The notes under the pieces: model-generated
Database searches by the model: none
What the model was told of the DNA's origin: nothing
Seen by the model: the letters and a program-made list of their open reading frames with translations, nothing else
Translations under genes and position numbers: made by a program
Source: Eubacteriales bacterium
GTDB lineage: Bacteria > Bacillota > Clostridia > Oscillospirales > CAG-272
Assembly: GCA_045537595.1 (NCBI GenBank)
Contig: JAZSPS010000003.1
Coordinates: 19,035 to 83,034 of the forward strand
Length of the DNA: 64,000 nt
Direction: 5' to 3'
Part shown: piece after piece, positions 49,901 to 59,717 of the stretch
Position numbering within the stretch: position 1 is the first letter of the stretch
Layout: every line of letters starts with the position of its first letter

Positions 49901-50848
49901 TTACAAGAACCAAATATCTGTTTTATTCAAGCAAAAGCTTTTTCCCTCCAAATATGAAAGGCGATTTTCCTCCGTGGTTTTCGCAAACTCCAGCTTATAG
50001 GCATACAGGGCTTGATATTTATATCCCTTTTGCCGTTCTTCACGGTTGACCCCATATTTTCCGTCTCCCAGCAGGGGATGTCCGATCGCCGCCATTTGCG
50101 CACGGATCTGGTGAGTTCTGCCTGTGACCAATTCAACCTCAAGAAGCGCGTTTTCCCCACGTTTCTCAAGAACACGGTAGCCTGTAATGATCTTTTTCGC
50201 TCCTGAAAAGGGCTGTTCCCTAACCTCTACCATATTGTCGTTGCTATTTTTCCGCAAATAGGCATGAAGCTCCGCTTCTCTCTTTTTTGGGATACCGTGA
50301 ACCAAGCAGAGATAGGTTTTACGGATTTGATTATCGCGGATCTTTTCGTTCATTACCCGCAACGCCTCCGCGTTCTTTGCCGCGATGACGATCCCTCCCG
50401 TATTACGGTCGATCCGATTGCACAAAGCGGGCGCGAAGGATTGCTCGGTCTCGGGGTCATATTCGCCCTGCTGATACAGGTAAGCTTTGATATGCATGAT
50501 CAATGTGTTTTCGGAGGCTGAATCATCCTCATGGACCAACACGCCGGGACGCTTATTCAGCAGAAGAATATTTTCATCCTCATAGACAATATTCAGCTTC
50601 GGCTTAATCCGAGCCAGCGCGCCCTCGTCCTTTTCGGGAGAGTCAAAAAACTCCTCACGAATGAACAGTTGGATCTCGTCTCCTTCCGAGAGGATATAAT
50701 TTTGCTCCGCCCTTTTGCGGTTCACCTTAATCTTTTTGGTACGGATCATTTTATACATCATGGACATTGGCAAGCCCTTTACCGCCTTGGTAAGAAATTT
50801 ATCCAATCTTTGTCCCGCGTCGTTTCGCTTGATCGTAATCGTTCTCAT
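49901..50848 (-). CDS. RluA-family 23S rRNA pseudouridine synthase (RluC/D-like)
   Basis: S4 domain N-terminus (RLDKFL), catalytic NRIDRNTGGIV, and HQIRAQMA. Confidence 0.9.
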   Translation of the reverse strand: MRTITIKRNDAGQRLDKFLTKAVKGLPMSMMYKMIRTKKIKVNRKRAEQNYILSEGDEIQLFIREEFFDSPEKDEGALARIKPKLNIVYEDENILLLNKRPGVLVHEDDSASENTLIMHIKAYLYQQGEYDPETEQSFAPALCNRIDRNTGGIVIAAKNAEALRVMNEKIRDNQIRKTYLCLVHGIPKKREAELHAYLRKNSNDNMVEVREQPFSGAKKIITGYRVLEKRGENALLEVELVTGRTHQIRAQMAAIGHPLLGDGKYGVNREERQKGYKYQALYAYKLEFAKTTEENRLSYLEGKSFCLNKTDIWFL

Positions 50849-51026
50849 GTATCTGTTAACCTTTTACCAATGTTTTATTTTTCCCTGAAAGTCTTTTTTT
50901 CCGTCTATCCTTCATTTTATCATACTCCCTTTCATTTTTCAATCTCTTTCACCTTTTTTTCACGAAAATTCACCAAAAGTTTTTGATTCGAGGAAAGTTT
51001 TTTGAAAAAGTTTTTGTTGATCCCTG

Positions 51027-51055
51027 TTTACAAAGCGGACAAATCATGATAAAAT
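51027..51055 (+). promoter_or_regulatory. mtaB promoter
   Basis: TTTACA, 17 nt, TGa-TAAAAT. Confidence 0.55.
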
Positions 51056-51083
51056 GTAGATAATCAGTATTTGGAGAACATAT

Positions 51084-52439
51084 ATGTCAGAAAGATCAGA
51101 TAAAAAACCAACGGTCGGGATCTACACGCTCGGCTGTAAAGTAAACCAATACGAATCCGAAGCCATTGCCGAGGAATTACAGAAACAGGGTATTTGTATC
51201 CTTCCCCCCACCGAGGTTTGTGACGCCTATATCATTAACACCTGTACCGTTACCGCGGAATCGGACCGCAAAGCGCGTCAGTTTATTCGCCGCGCCATCA
51301 CCCGAAATTCCTCGGCATACATTGTTGTAACCGGATGTCTTGCCCAAAGCGACCCCGACTCCCTTGCCAAAATTCTCGGGGTAGACGCGGTGGTAGGAAA
51401 CACTGAAAAGCTAAGGGCTGCCCTCGAGACGCTTCGTCTTTTGCGAGAGGGCAAAAAAGCGGAGCTGCCTTATGTCTCGGTAGACCGCATAGAAGCCGCC
51501 GGCTTTGAGCCCATGACGATCACGTCCTTTGAACGGACCCGTGCCTATGTAAAAATTGAGGATGGCTGTGAGAGCCGCTGTGCTTATTGTATTATCCCCT
51601 CGGTACGGGGCAAGATCCGTTCCAAGCGACCCGAGGATGTTATCTCTGAGGTTACCGCTCTGACAAACAGCGGTTGCCGTGAGGTGGTTTTAACCGGGAT
51701 TGAGACCGCTTCCTACGGACGAGATCTGCATGACACCGATCTTGCCGATCTATTATGCCGTATCGATCAGATCCCCAACATTGGAAGAGTGCGATTGGGT
51801 TCACTGGATCCCTCTTTGATCCGTCCCGATTTCGTTAAAAAAATTGCGTCTCTTTCCTCTCTTGCTCCTCATTTTCATCTTTCCTTGCAAAGCGGCAGCA
51901 GCCGTATTCTTGCCTTGATGAAACGAAAATACAACGCTGAGGGTGCTATGCGTGCCATTTCTCTTCTCCGTGAAGCCATACCGAATGTAAAATTTACCAC
52001 CGATGTGATCGTAGGCTTCCCCGATGAGACCGAAGAGGATTTTCAAAGCACGGTGGATTTTATCCGCGAAGCGCGCTTTTTAATGGTTCACATCTTCCCA
52101 TATTCCCCTCGAAAAGGCACCCTTGCCGCGCAAATGCCCAATCAAATTCCTGAGGAGATAAAACGCCGTCGGCTTCACCAATTGGAGGAGGTTGCCCTTT
52201 CCATTCGCCGAGAGCTTCTAAATGACACGATTCAAAGCTCCCCCTTTGCCGAAGTTCTTTTTGAGAGCTATGAAAACGGATATGCTCACGGTCACACCGC
52301 TGACTTTTTAGAGGTATCCGCTCCCTCTTCTGTTCCGTTGCACGGACAGCTCTGCCGTGTTTGCCTATGTAACACGGACGGCAAGACTTGCATGGGAAGG
52401 CTCCTCTGTAACGATATCACGACCCCTTCAATTTTTTGA
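51084..52439 (+). CDS. mtaB: tRNA t6A37 methylthiotransferase MtaB
   Basis: TLGCKVNQYESE, radical-SAM CESRCAYC, and a TRAM-like C-terminus. 451 aa. Confidence 0.9.
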   Translation: MSERSDKKPTVGIYTLGCKVNQYESEAIAEELQKQGICILPPTEVCDAYIINTCTVTAESDRKARQFIRRAITRNSSAYIVVTGCLAQSDPDSLAKILGVDAVVGNTEKLRAALETLRLLREGKKAELPYVSVDRIEAAGFEPMTITSFERTRAYVKIEDGCESRCAYCIIPSVRGKIRSKRPEDVISEVTALTNSGCREVVLTGIETASYGRDLHDTDLADLLCRIDQIPNIGRVRLGSLDPSLIRPDFVKKIASLSSLAPHFHLSLQSGSSRILALMKRKYNAEGAMRAISLLREAIPNVKFTTDVIVGFPDETEEDFQSTVDFIREARFLMVHIFPYSPRKGTLAAQMPNQIPEEIKRRRLHQLEEVALSIRRELLNDTIQSSPFAEVLFESYENGYAHGHTADFLEVSAPSSVPLHGQLCRVCLCNTDGKTCMGRLLCNDITTPSIF

Positions 52440-52461
52440 TTTTTAAGGAGAAACGAAACGC

Positions 52462-54372
52462 ATGGACACGCAATCGCCCCAAAAAACTTTTGATGCCCAT
52501 AGTGATTACGACACAAGTGACACTTTGACACAGGAAAATACACGGATCCATAATTTTCCCCTTTTATCCAACAGCGAGCTTTTGGAGCTGGCAAGATCCA
52601 CTACGCCTTCCATGACACGCTCTGATTTTTACTTTTGTCAACAACAATATAAAAAGCAAAAAAAGTCGCCTTCCGTCGCGGAGCTTCGGATGATCAACGC
52701 TTTACTGGAGGAACGCAAGCGTTCAACCGAGCATGACGTTCTTTCTTATGTTCAATCGGAGGATCACGTAATCGCGCAAACCTATCAGGATATGATGGCG
52801 AAGCTCCGTGTTCTCTCCCCTGAGAAAAAAATTCCGCCCTCTCTCTCGGAAGCGGCGGCTGTCTCGGCGAGGTACATGAGGCGCATTGGGCGCACAGACA
52901 CGGCATCCGCACTGAGCACCAACTGCCAAGATAAAACCGACTATCAATTACGCGCCAAATCCTCTTTTCCCTCGGTTAGCACAACAAGCGGTCTTCCTCT
53001 CCTCCGGCTTAGTAACAAGGATGCTTCGCCGTTGGAGCTTCTCCCTTCCGGCACCGCTTTTGTGATTGTCTGTCCCAAGGCGGCAACGGGTGATGGTACT
53101 TCGGGCTATGATTATTATGATTATGAAGAAAAGCTAAAGAGCTTTCTTGCGGATGAGGAGATTCCCTCTCTTTATATGGGAAGTGTCCGTGTCAACCGTT
53201 TTGGGATTCTGTATACCCTTGCGAGGCTTTGCAAAGGCGTTTTTGCCGATCTTCGGCAATTGCCCCACATGGAAGAGCCACTCGCCCTTTCCTGCCTTGT
53301 AAAAAATTACAGAGGCTGTTTATTGTTGAGTGCCGAACGTGCCAACACCGCCCAACTGGTCGAGCTGGCAAAAAAGCATGATCTCTCTGCTGCCTATTTT
53401 GCCAAGGCAACCGAGAGCGGATGGTGGCGGACCTCACAGGAGGCATCGGTCTTTTTAGATATGAAGCTTTCCTTTATTCTTTCTCTTGCCAACGGAAAAT
53501 CTCAGGGGAATTTTGTTTGTCCCGCAGAGAATCTTCGTTCTGCTTGTCATCATCTTCCCCTGTCGGTTACAGATGATGAAGGAAGTATTGGTAAAACAGA
53601 GGGGGCAGATCTTCTTCGAGCAGACGGACATTTGCTTGCCCCTGTGTTCAGCGAAGCCAAGGACGCTTGCTTTTCTAACGCGCTAAACACGGTACTTGAC
53701 GCCGTGCTTCGTTTGATCTGCCGAGGGATCAATCGCCGCGCTATCACTCTTGCCTTTACCTATCTGCTTCCCTACTACGGCAAAGAAAGCCAAGATAGCG
53801 GCAAGGATCTGTCTTTAATTTTAGGCGCGTACCGTGCTGCCATAGAATTGGCATGCCCTCAAAAAGCACCTACCGTAAAATATACGGATCAGCCTCGCGC
53901 TCTTTGCTGTACCGCCTATGCTCCGATCCCTCACCGTGAGCTTTCCGACACATTTCAGAGGTCAGGCTCCAATTTTTACTATCTTTCCTTCCGTAGGGAT
54001 CCCAACGGTCTTCCCGATTTTGAAAGCTTTCGCCAAATGTGTGACAGCTTCTTCGGCTGGCTGACCCAAGGAAAAATTTTTTCCGCCTGCCCGATCCTTG
54101 GAAGCCTTCCCTCTGCCGTATACGATATGGCAACAGGAGGAGAGATTCAATTCTCATCGCTGTCGGAGGAATACAAGAATTTCTTCTGTCAGGGAATTTT
54201 ATTTGAGGCCTCGGATATTCCCGAGCTTCGTACGCTGGGTACGGTTTTATCTCTCCCCGCCGTCTCCACTCCCTCGTCGGTCTCGGATATCCCCATTTTC
54301 TCCCAAGTTTCTCCCCCCCAGTCCCAAAAGAAAGATAGTTTGCCGGTTTTTTCTGACGAAGATACGCTTTAA
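52462..54372 (+). CDS. hypothetical protein; possible degenerate FGAM-synthase (PurL)/PurM-fold-like protein
   Basis: 636 aa, with AAGGAG upstream. Several segments resemble PurL linker and PurM-fold motifs but have substituted catalytic residues (see findings). The product call is inference only. Confidence 0.45.
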   Translation: MDTQSPQKTFDAHSDYDTSDTLTQENTRIHNFPLLSNSELLELARSTTPSMTRSDFYFCQQQYKKQKKSPSVAELRMINALLEERKRSTEHDVLSYVQSEDHVIAQTYQDMMAKLRVLSPEKKIPPSLSEAAAVSARYMRRIGRTDTASALSTNCQDKTDYQLRAKSSFPSVSTTSGLPLLRLSNKDASPLELLPSGTAFVIVCPKAATGDGTSGYDYYDYEEKLKSFLADEEIPSLYMGSVRVNRFGILYTLARLCKGVFADLRQLPHMEEPLALSCLVKNYRGCLLLSAERANTAQLVELAKKHDLSAAYFAKATESGWWRTSQEASVFLDMKLSFILSLANGKSQGNFVCPAENLRSACHHLPLSVTDDEGSIGKTEGADLLRADGHLLAPVFSEAKDACFSNALNTVLDAVLRLICRGINRRAITLAFTYLLPYYGKESQDSGKDLSLILGAYRAAIELACPQKAPTVKYTDQPRALCCTAYAPIPHRELSDTFQRSGSNFYYLSFRRDPNGLPDFESFRQMCDSFFGWLTQGKIFSACPILGSLPSAVYDMATGGEIQFSSLSEEYKNFFCQGILFEASDIPELRTLGTVLSLPAVSTPSSVSDIPIFSQVSPPQSQKKDSLPVFSDEDTL

Positions 54373-54427
54373 ATTCCTTTGTTTTTAAGTTTTTCAAATT
54401 TTGATGTGAATTTTTTTAAAAAAACTC

Positions 54428-54456
54428 TTGCAATTCAAAGTCAATTATGATATAAT
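54428..54456 (+). promoter_or_regulatory. rpmB promoter
   Basis: TTGCAA, 17 nt, TGa-TATAAT (54451-54456). Confidence 0.7.
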
Positions 54457-54525
54457 AGCAATTGTTCTATGAATATGCATAATAAAGTATAGATGTGCGG
54501 TTCGTGCATACAAGGAGGTGTCAAT

Positions 54526-54711
54526 ATGGCAAAATGCAGCATCTGCGGAAAAGGCGTTGTTTTCGGACAGGCAGTTTCCCACTCTCACCGTAAGACCAAC
54601 AGATCTTGGAAACCCAATATCCGCAAGGTAAAGGCAATTGTTGACGGTACACCCAAGACCGTTGCTGTTTGCTCTCGTTGCCTGCGTTCCGGTAAAGTTA
54701 CCAGAGCTTAA
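54526..54711 (+). CDS. rpmB: 50S ribosomal protein L28
   Basis: MAKCSICGKGVVFGQAVSHSHRKTNRSWKPNI..., 61 aa, AGGAGG RBS. The track's 11-aa extension is rejected. Confidence 0.95.
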   Translation: MAKCSICGKGVVFGQAVSHSHRKTNRSWKPNIRKVKAIVDGTPKTVAVCSRCLRSGKVTRA

Positions 54712-54769
54712 TTGCCTTGGTGCTTCTCCTGAATTATCGGGTACATTATCGGATCTTTCCGAACATTAT

Positions 54770-54806
54770 AAAAAGCAGCTTCCTGTCTTTATGTGAAGCT
54801 GCTTTT
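54770..54806 (+). terminator. intrinsic terminator after rpmB
   Basis: AAAAAGCAGCTTC-n11-GAAGCTGCTTTTT. Confidence 0.85.
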
Positions 54807-54877
54807 TATTTGTTGAATTTACTTCTTTCTTCCTTCTTGCTTCATAAGATTTTATAAGAAAATATGCAAAATTTCTC

Positions 54878-54906
54878 TTGACACAAAATAAAAACTATGG
54901 TATAAT
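54878..54906 (+). promoter_or_regulatory. consensus promoter of tRNA-Gln
   Basis: TTGACA, 17 nt, TGg-TATAAT. Confidence 0.75.
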
Positions 54907-54927
54907 AATTGATGGTCACAAAAATAT

Positions 54928-55002
54928 TGGGATGTCGCCAAGCGGTAAGGCACCAGACTTTGACTCTGGCACTCGTCGGTTCAAATCCGGCCATCCCAGC
55001 CA
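54928..55002 (+). tRNA. tRNA-Gln (anticodon UUG), CCA encoded
   Basis: Acceptor stem TGGGATG/CATCCCA, anticodon stem CCAGA/TCTGG with loop CTTTGAC, T-arm GGTTCAAATCC, discriminator G plus CCA. Confidence 0.9.
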
Positions 55003-55031
55003 AAAATCCCACGCATCGGCGTGGGATTTTT
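55002..55031 (+). terminator. intrinsic terminator after tRNA-Gln
   Basis: AAAAATCCCACGC-atcg-GCGTGGGATTTTT. Confidence 0.85.
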
Positions 55032-55082
55032 ACTTTTTCACTTTCCACTCTTACTTATTACCTGCTCGTACGATAAAATCTT

Positions 55083-56180
55083 TTATACTATCAGCATCGC
55101 ATCCCCGAAAGAAAAGAATCGGTATTTTTCTTCCACCGCTGTATGATAAGCGCCCATTACCTGATCCCGATTGTAAAAAGCGGAAACCAACATTAACAAT
55201 GTGCTCTCGGGCAAATGAAAATTGGTAATCAAAGCATCCACCGCTTTAAATCGATAACCGGGGTAAATAAAGATTCCTGTGTCTCCGGAGACAGCGGGAA
55301 TATGTCCATTTTCTTCGGCGGCACTTTCAATGGTTCGGCAAGAGGTGGTTCCCACGCAGATCAGACGGCCTCCTTTGGCTTTACGTTCATTGATCAATTG
55401 CGCGCTCTCCTTTGAAATTGAGAAAAATTCGGTATGCATCACATGCTCATCGATTCTCTCCGCTTTTACCGGACGGAAGGTTCCCAATCCCACATGCAGC
55501 ATAACCGGCGCAATGGCAACGCCCTTCTCTCGGATTCGCTCCATAAGCTCGGGAGTAAAATGCAAGCCTGCCGTAGGCGCCGCCGCGGATCCCTCCTCTC
55601 GGGCATACACCGTTTGATATCTTGAATTATCCTTCAGCTGCTCGGTGATGTAAGGAGGCAAGGGCATCAATCCGATAATGCTGAGAAGCTCATATATATT
55701 TGTATATTTTTCTTTATCGTACGTAAAGCGGATGATTCGGTTCCCTTCTTCCACGATATCAATCACCTCGCCAAAAAGCAAGCCGTTTCCAAACACACAT
55801 CGGGAGCCAAGTCTTGCTCTTTTCCCCGGTTTGACCAGTGTTTCCCATGTATCGGCTCCTCTTTGACGGAGCAGGAGCAATTCCAGCGCGGCTTCTTCTC
55901 TTCCCTCCGCGTGTCCGTACAGGCGTGCCGGAATTACCTTTGAGTCATTGATCACCAGCACATCCTCCGGATTCAGGTAGTCCACAATATCGTAAAAATG
56001 TCGGTGCTCCACTGTATTTTTCCCTCGATTCAGAACCATCAAGCGAGAATGATCCCGCAATTCAGCGGGATGCTGGGCGATCAATTCCGGTGGAAGATCA
56101 TAAAAGAAATCCGCTGTCTTCAGATCTGTCTTGGTTTTTTCATTAATAATTGTCATGATAAATTTTTTTATTCCCTTCAT
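55083..56180 (-). CDS. queA: S-adenosylmethionine:tRNA ribosyltransferase-isomerase
   Basis: [16 protein letters not shown]-terminal signature and a C-terminal [10 protein letters not shown]. The start is uncertain (56180 or 56156). Confidence 0.92.
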   Translation of the reverse strand: MKGIKKFIMTIINEKTKTDLKTADFFYDLPPELIAQHPAELRDHSRLMVLNRGKNTVEHRHFYDIVDYLNPEDVLVINDSKVIPARLYGHAEGREEAALELLLLRQRGADTWETLVKPGKRARLGSRCVFGNGLLFGEVIDIVEEGNRIIRFTYDKEKYTNIYELLSIIGLMPLPPYITEQLKDNSRYQTVYAREEGSAAAPTAGLHFTPELMERIREKGVAIAPVMLHVGLGTFRPVKAERIDEHVMHTEFFSISKESAQLINERKAKGGRLICVGTTSCRTIESAAEENGHIPAVSGDTGIFIYPGYRFKAVDALITNFHLPESTLLMLVSAFYNRDQVMGAYHTAVEEKYRFFSFGDAMLIV

Positions 56181-56276
56181 GTAGTTTATATCTGGTTTAT
56201 ATCGCTTGCGATTCCGTATTCCCTCTCTCTGAATTATACTGAATACGCGAAAGATTTAAAAATATTAAAAAAAGTA

Positions 56277-56305
56277 TTGACAGAAAGAAAAAGATATGCT
56301 ATCAT
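56277..56305 (+). promoter_or_regulatory. promoter of the riboswitch-dapA-dapB transcript
   Basis: TTGACA, 17 nt, TGc-TATCAT. Confidence 0.55.
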
Positions 56306-56327
56306 TAATCCAAAGATACATATAATT

Positions 56328-56525
56328 GTGATAGAGGCGCATGGTATCACTGCTTTTCGTTAAGGGTACCGTACCGTTTGAGACGGAGGGTGAGGATACA
56401 ATGCCGAAGGCGTATGCTTGCGGTGGGCATATGTACTGGTCTGCTCGATTAAGAGTCGTCAGACTGTCATCAATTCAATGAATTCAATAAAAATAATTTT
56501 GATGAATTTGATGGAGAGCTATCTG
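56328..56525 (+). promoter_or_regulatory. lysine riboswitch (L-box) aptamer
   Basis: P1 GATAG...CTATC encloses the conserved L-box blocks AGAGGCGC, GCCGAAGG, ACTGGTC, GACTGTCA and TGGAGAGCT. It lies upstream of the lysine-pathway genes. Confidence 0.85.
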
Positions 56526-56590
56526 TTATTGTTTATTATGAAATAGGCATTTATTCTACCCTTGTGCCTATATTATTATAGTACAATTTC

Positions 56591-56620
56591 AGCTGGTTTT
56601 CAACCGGTTTTTTATTTTTT
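56591..56620 (+). terminator. candidate riboswitch expression-platform terminator
   Basis: Short hairpin CTGGTT-ttc-AACCGG followed by TTTTTTATTTTTT. The stem is weak. Confidence 0.4.
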
Positions 56621-56681
56621 ATATGGATATCTTGAATTTTTTTGCATTTTCCCATTTTTGAGATTCAGAAAGGAATTCACC

Positions 56682-57575
56682 ATGAGTAAATTAAAGCCTT
56701 CGATTTTTACAGGCGCGGCTACCGCCATTGTTACCCCCTTCAGCAACGGAAAAATTGATTACGATAGCTTTGGAAAAATTATAGAGGATCAGATCACAAA
56801 CAAGATTGATGCCATCGTCGTTGCCGGAACGACCGGCGAGGCTGCTACCCTAACCCACGAGGAGCATTGCGACTGTATTCGCTATGTTGTGGAGAAGGTT
56901 GCGGGCAGAGTGCCCGTTATCGCCGGAACAGGCTCCAATGATACGGCTTACGGCATTGAGCTTTCTCAATACGCCTGTGAGGTCGGTGCCGATGCTCTGT
57001 TGCTCGTTACCCCTTATTATAACAAAGCCACACCCAAGGGGCTGATCAAAAATTTCTTGGAAACGGCCGACAAAACCAACAAGCCCATTATTTTGTACAA
57101 TGTCCCCTCCCGTACAGGCTGTAACATTTCTCTTCCTGTTTACCGTGAACTGGCGAAACATGAGCGTATTGTTGCTGTTAAGGAAGCTTCGGGCAACATC
57201 AGTGCCATTGCCGAGCTAATTGCGGAATGCGGTGACAGCTTTGACATTTATTCGGGTAATGATGATCAGATCATTCCCATTATGTCCTTAGGCGGTAAGG
57301 GCGTTATTTCCGTTTTGTCCAACATTCTGCCCGAGGAAACACACAACATGGTTCAGATGTGTCTTGACAACAATTATAACGGAGCGGCAAATCTTCAGCT
57401 GAAATATCTTCGTTTGATCAACGCACTATTCTGTGAGGTCAATCCCATTCCCGTAAAAACCGCTATGGCGGAGTTGGGTTGGTGCTCCGACGAAATGCGC
57501 TTACCTCTCTGTGAAATGGAAGAGGCTAACAAGGAAAAGCTCTTAAACGCTATGAAGGCGCATGGTTTGCTATAA
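56682..57575 (+). CDS. dapA: 4-hydroxy-tetrahydrodipicolinate synthase
   Basis: GAATAIVTPF, VVAGTTGEAATL and the catalytic Lys context (AVKEASG). Start at MSKLKP. The track's 40-aa extension covers the riboswitch platform. Confidence 0.95.
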   Translation: MSKLKPSIFTGAATAIVTPFSNGKIDYDSFGKIIEDQITNKIDAIVVAGTTGEAATLTHEEHCDCIRYVVEKVAGRVPVIAGTGSNDTAYGIELSQYACEVGADALLLVTPYYNKATPKGLIKNFLETADKTNKPIILYNVPSRTGCNISLPVYRELAKHERIVAVKEASGNISAIAELIAECGDSFDIYSGNDDQIIPIMSLGGKGVISVLSNILPEETHNMVQMCLDNNYNGAANLQLKYLRLINALFCEVNPIPVKTAMAELGWCSDEMRLPLCEMEEANKEKLLNAMKAHGLL

Positions 57576-57609
57576 TTCGCCACTGTTGAAAAGAAAGGAT
57601 TTCCACGCT

Positions 57610-58383
57610 ATGACAAATATTATTCTCTGCGGTTGCGGAGGAAAAATGGGACAGGCGATCATTCGCGCCGCTGACAGCAATTTCTTCCGCATTGTCGCGG
57701 GCATCGATATTAACGCCGACTCAATTGCTCCCGTGTGTAATTTTCCCGTTTATCAATCAATTTCGGATTTCCCCGGAAAAGCAGATGTGATTATTGATTT
57801 TTCTCACCACACTTCTCTTCCCGCTTTGGCAGGCTACGCCGAAAAAAGCGGCACCCCTTTGGTAGTCGCTACCACGGGTCACACAGAGGAGGAACGGGAA
57901 ATTATGCTTAGCGTCTCAAAAAAGGTGGCTCTCTTCTCCTCGGGCAATATGTCCATCGGAATCAATCTTCTAATCGAGCTATGTCGTACCGCCTCCCGCG
58001 CTTTAGGAGAAAGCTTTGATATTGAGATCATAGAAAAGCATCACAATCAAAAATTGGATGCCCCCAGCGGAACCGCTTTAATGCTTGCGAACGCCTTGAA
58101 GGAGGAGCGGGAAGCTACCGATTACGTTTACGACCGCCACTCGGTACGCAAGGCTCGCGCAAAGGAAGAGATCGGGATTCATTCCATTCGAGGTGGTACC
58201 ATTGTTGGAGAGCATGAGGTGATCTTTGCCGGGAACAACGAATTGATCTCTCTGTCTCATACCGCCATGTCCCGTGAAATCTTTGCCAACGGCGCTTTGA
58301 AGGCGGCTGCTTATCTAAAAGAAAAACCCGCCGGTCTTTACAACATGTCCGATCTCATTAAGGACAGCGGTGTTCGAGTATAA
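57610..58383 (+). CDS. dapB: 4-hydroxy-tetrahydrodipicolinate reductase
   Basis: GCGGKMGQAI Rossmann motif and EKHHNQKLDAPSGTAL signature. Start at MTNIIL. Confidence 0.92.
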   Translation: MTNIILCGCGGKMGQAIIRAADSNFFRIVAGIDINADSIAPVCNFPVYQSISDFPGKADVIIDFSHHTSLPALAGYAEKSGTPLVVATTGHTEEEREIMLSVSKKVALFSSGNMSIGINLLIELCRTASRALGESFDIEIIEKHHNQKLDAPSGTALMLANALKEEREATDYVYDRHSVRKARAKEEIGIHSIRGGTIVGEHEVIFAGNNELISLSHTAMSREIFANGALKAAAYLKEKPAGLYNMSDLIKDSGVRV

Positions 58384-58398
58384 AAAATTATGCATATG

Positions 58399-58442
58399 AA
58401 AAATGCCCCGACTTACATCCATGTAAGTCGGAGCATTTTTTA
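58399..58442. terminator. bidirectional terminator between dapB and the araD operon
   Basis: AATGCCCCGACTTACAT-cc-ATGTAAGTCGGAGCATT (one mismatch), flanked by an A-run and a T-run. Confidence 0.85.
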
Positions 58443-58446
58443 TTTA

Positions 58447-59715
58447 TTAAAAATCAAAGCAAGTCAACAATCTCATAAGTGTCAGGCGATTTCGAACCAG
58501 AGGCGCTTTTCGGTACAGCTCGGGAAGCATTTCTTCCTCCGAAAGTCCGATATCCTCCAAGGTTTGGCATGCGCCGCACGCCTTCAAAAGCTTCCGCAAT
58601 TGCTCGGACGTGGGAAGCTCGGCAATCAAGGCACGGAACACATCCAGCTTTTCAAGGATCTGCTCTTTTGTAATTCCCTCAGCGCAGTCCTTTGCGTTTT
58701 CCTTATAAATTTCTTCCGCCAGGGTTTCGAATTGCTTCGCTACATATTCATCCTCTGCCTTTTTGTAGTCACGCAGCCCTTTGCGGATCTCCTCGTCAGA
58801 AAGAGCGTTAAAGCGGTGATACAGGCGGCTGACCAAAACCAAGCCAACGCCTACCTTTTCTCCGTGCAGGGCATCACACTTATCTGCCGGAATCGTCATT
58901 TCAATAAAGTGGGATATATGGTGCTCCGAGCCCGACGCGGGTCTGGAGATACCTGTATGCTGCATTGCCACGCCTGACAATACCAGTCCATACATTAAGG
59001 ATGTGATCGCCTCACGGTCACGGTCGGCAAGACGGTCAATTCCGTCACGGACATTTTTCAATGCCTCCTCAACCAAGGAAACAGTATGGGGACACAAATA
59101 TTCACCTGTCAGCTCATGACCGATCTTCCAATCAAGAAGCGATGTATATTTACCAAGCATATCCCCTACGCCCGACGCGGTCAAGCGCATGGGAGCTTCC
59201 GCAATAATATCAATATCCGCCACCATGGCAACCGGAGCACATGCGGTCATGGTTTTTTTCGCCCCATTCCACGTCATTGCCGCTACATTGGAAACATATC
59301 CGTCCACGCTTGCGGCGGTTGGTACGGAAACAAAGGGAACATTGCTATGGTATGCCACGTATCGGGTAATGTCATGCACTGTTCCCGATCCCACGGCAAC
59401 CAACAGATCCATCTTTTCGGGCAAACGCTTTTGAACCGTTTCCACCGCAATCTCATTGGCGTGCAGGTGGTGGGGATCCAGCACGATCACAGAGCAAAAG
59501 CTCCAGAGCTTTTCTACCTTTTTTCCCGCTACCTCGTAGGTATTCTCATCGCAAATCATAACTGCCGACTCAAAATTTCCCATTTCTCGAATCACGCTTG
59601 GAAGCTCGGGCAGCGCTCCGGGGTACATTACGATCTTTTTTACATCAGAACGGTGAATTTTTCCGCATTCACAGGAAAAATCAGCCAGAAGTGTTTTAAA
59701 ATCAACTGTTTTCAT
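58447..59715 (-). CDS. sn-glycerol-1-phosphate dehydrogenase-family enzyme (AraM-like, DHQS/Fe-ADH superfamily)
   Basis: GSGTVHDITRY, APMRLTASGVGDMLGKYTSLLDW and SEHHISHFIEM match G1PDH/AraM motifs. It sits directly downstream of araD. Confidence 0.7.
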   Translation of the reverse strand: MKTVDFKTLLADFSCECGKIHRSDVKKIVMYPGALPELPSVIREMGNFESAVMICDENTYEVAGKKVEKLWSFCSVIVLDPHHLHANEIAVETVQKRLPEKMDLLVAVGSGTVHDITRYVAYHSNVPFVSVPTAASVDGYVSNVAAMTWNGAKKTMTACAPVAMVADIDIIAEAPMRLTASGVGDMLGKYTSLLDWKIGHELTGEYLCPHTVSLVEEALKNVRDGIDRLADRDREAITSLMYGLVLSGVAMQHTGISRPASGSEHHISHFIEMTIPADKCDALHGEKVGVGLVLVSRLYHRFNALSDEEIRKGLRDYKKAEDEYVAKQFETLAEEIYKENAKDCAEGITKEQILEKLDVFRALIAELPTSEQLRKLLKACGACQTLEDIGLSEEEMLPELYRKAPLVRNRLTLMRLLTCFDF

Positions 59716-59717
59716 TT

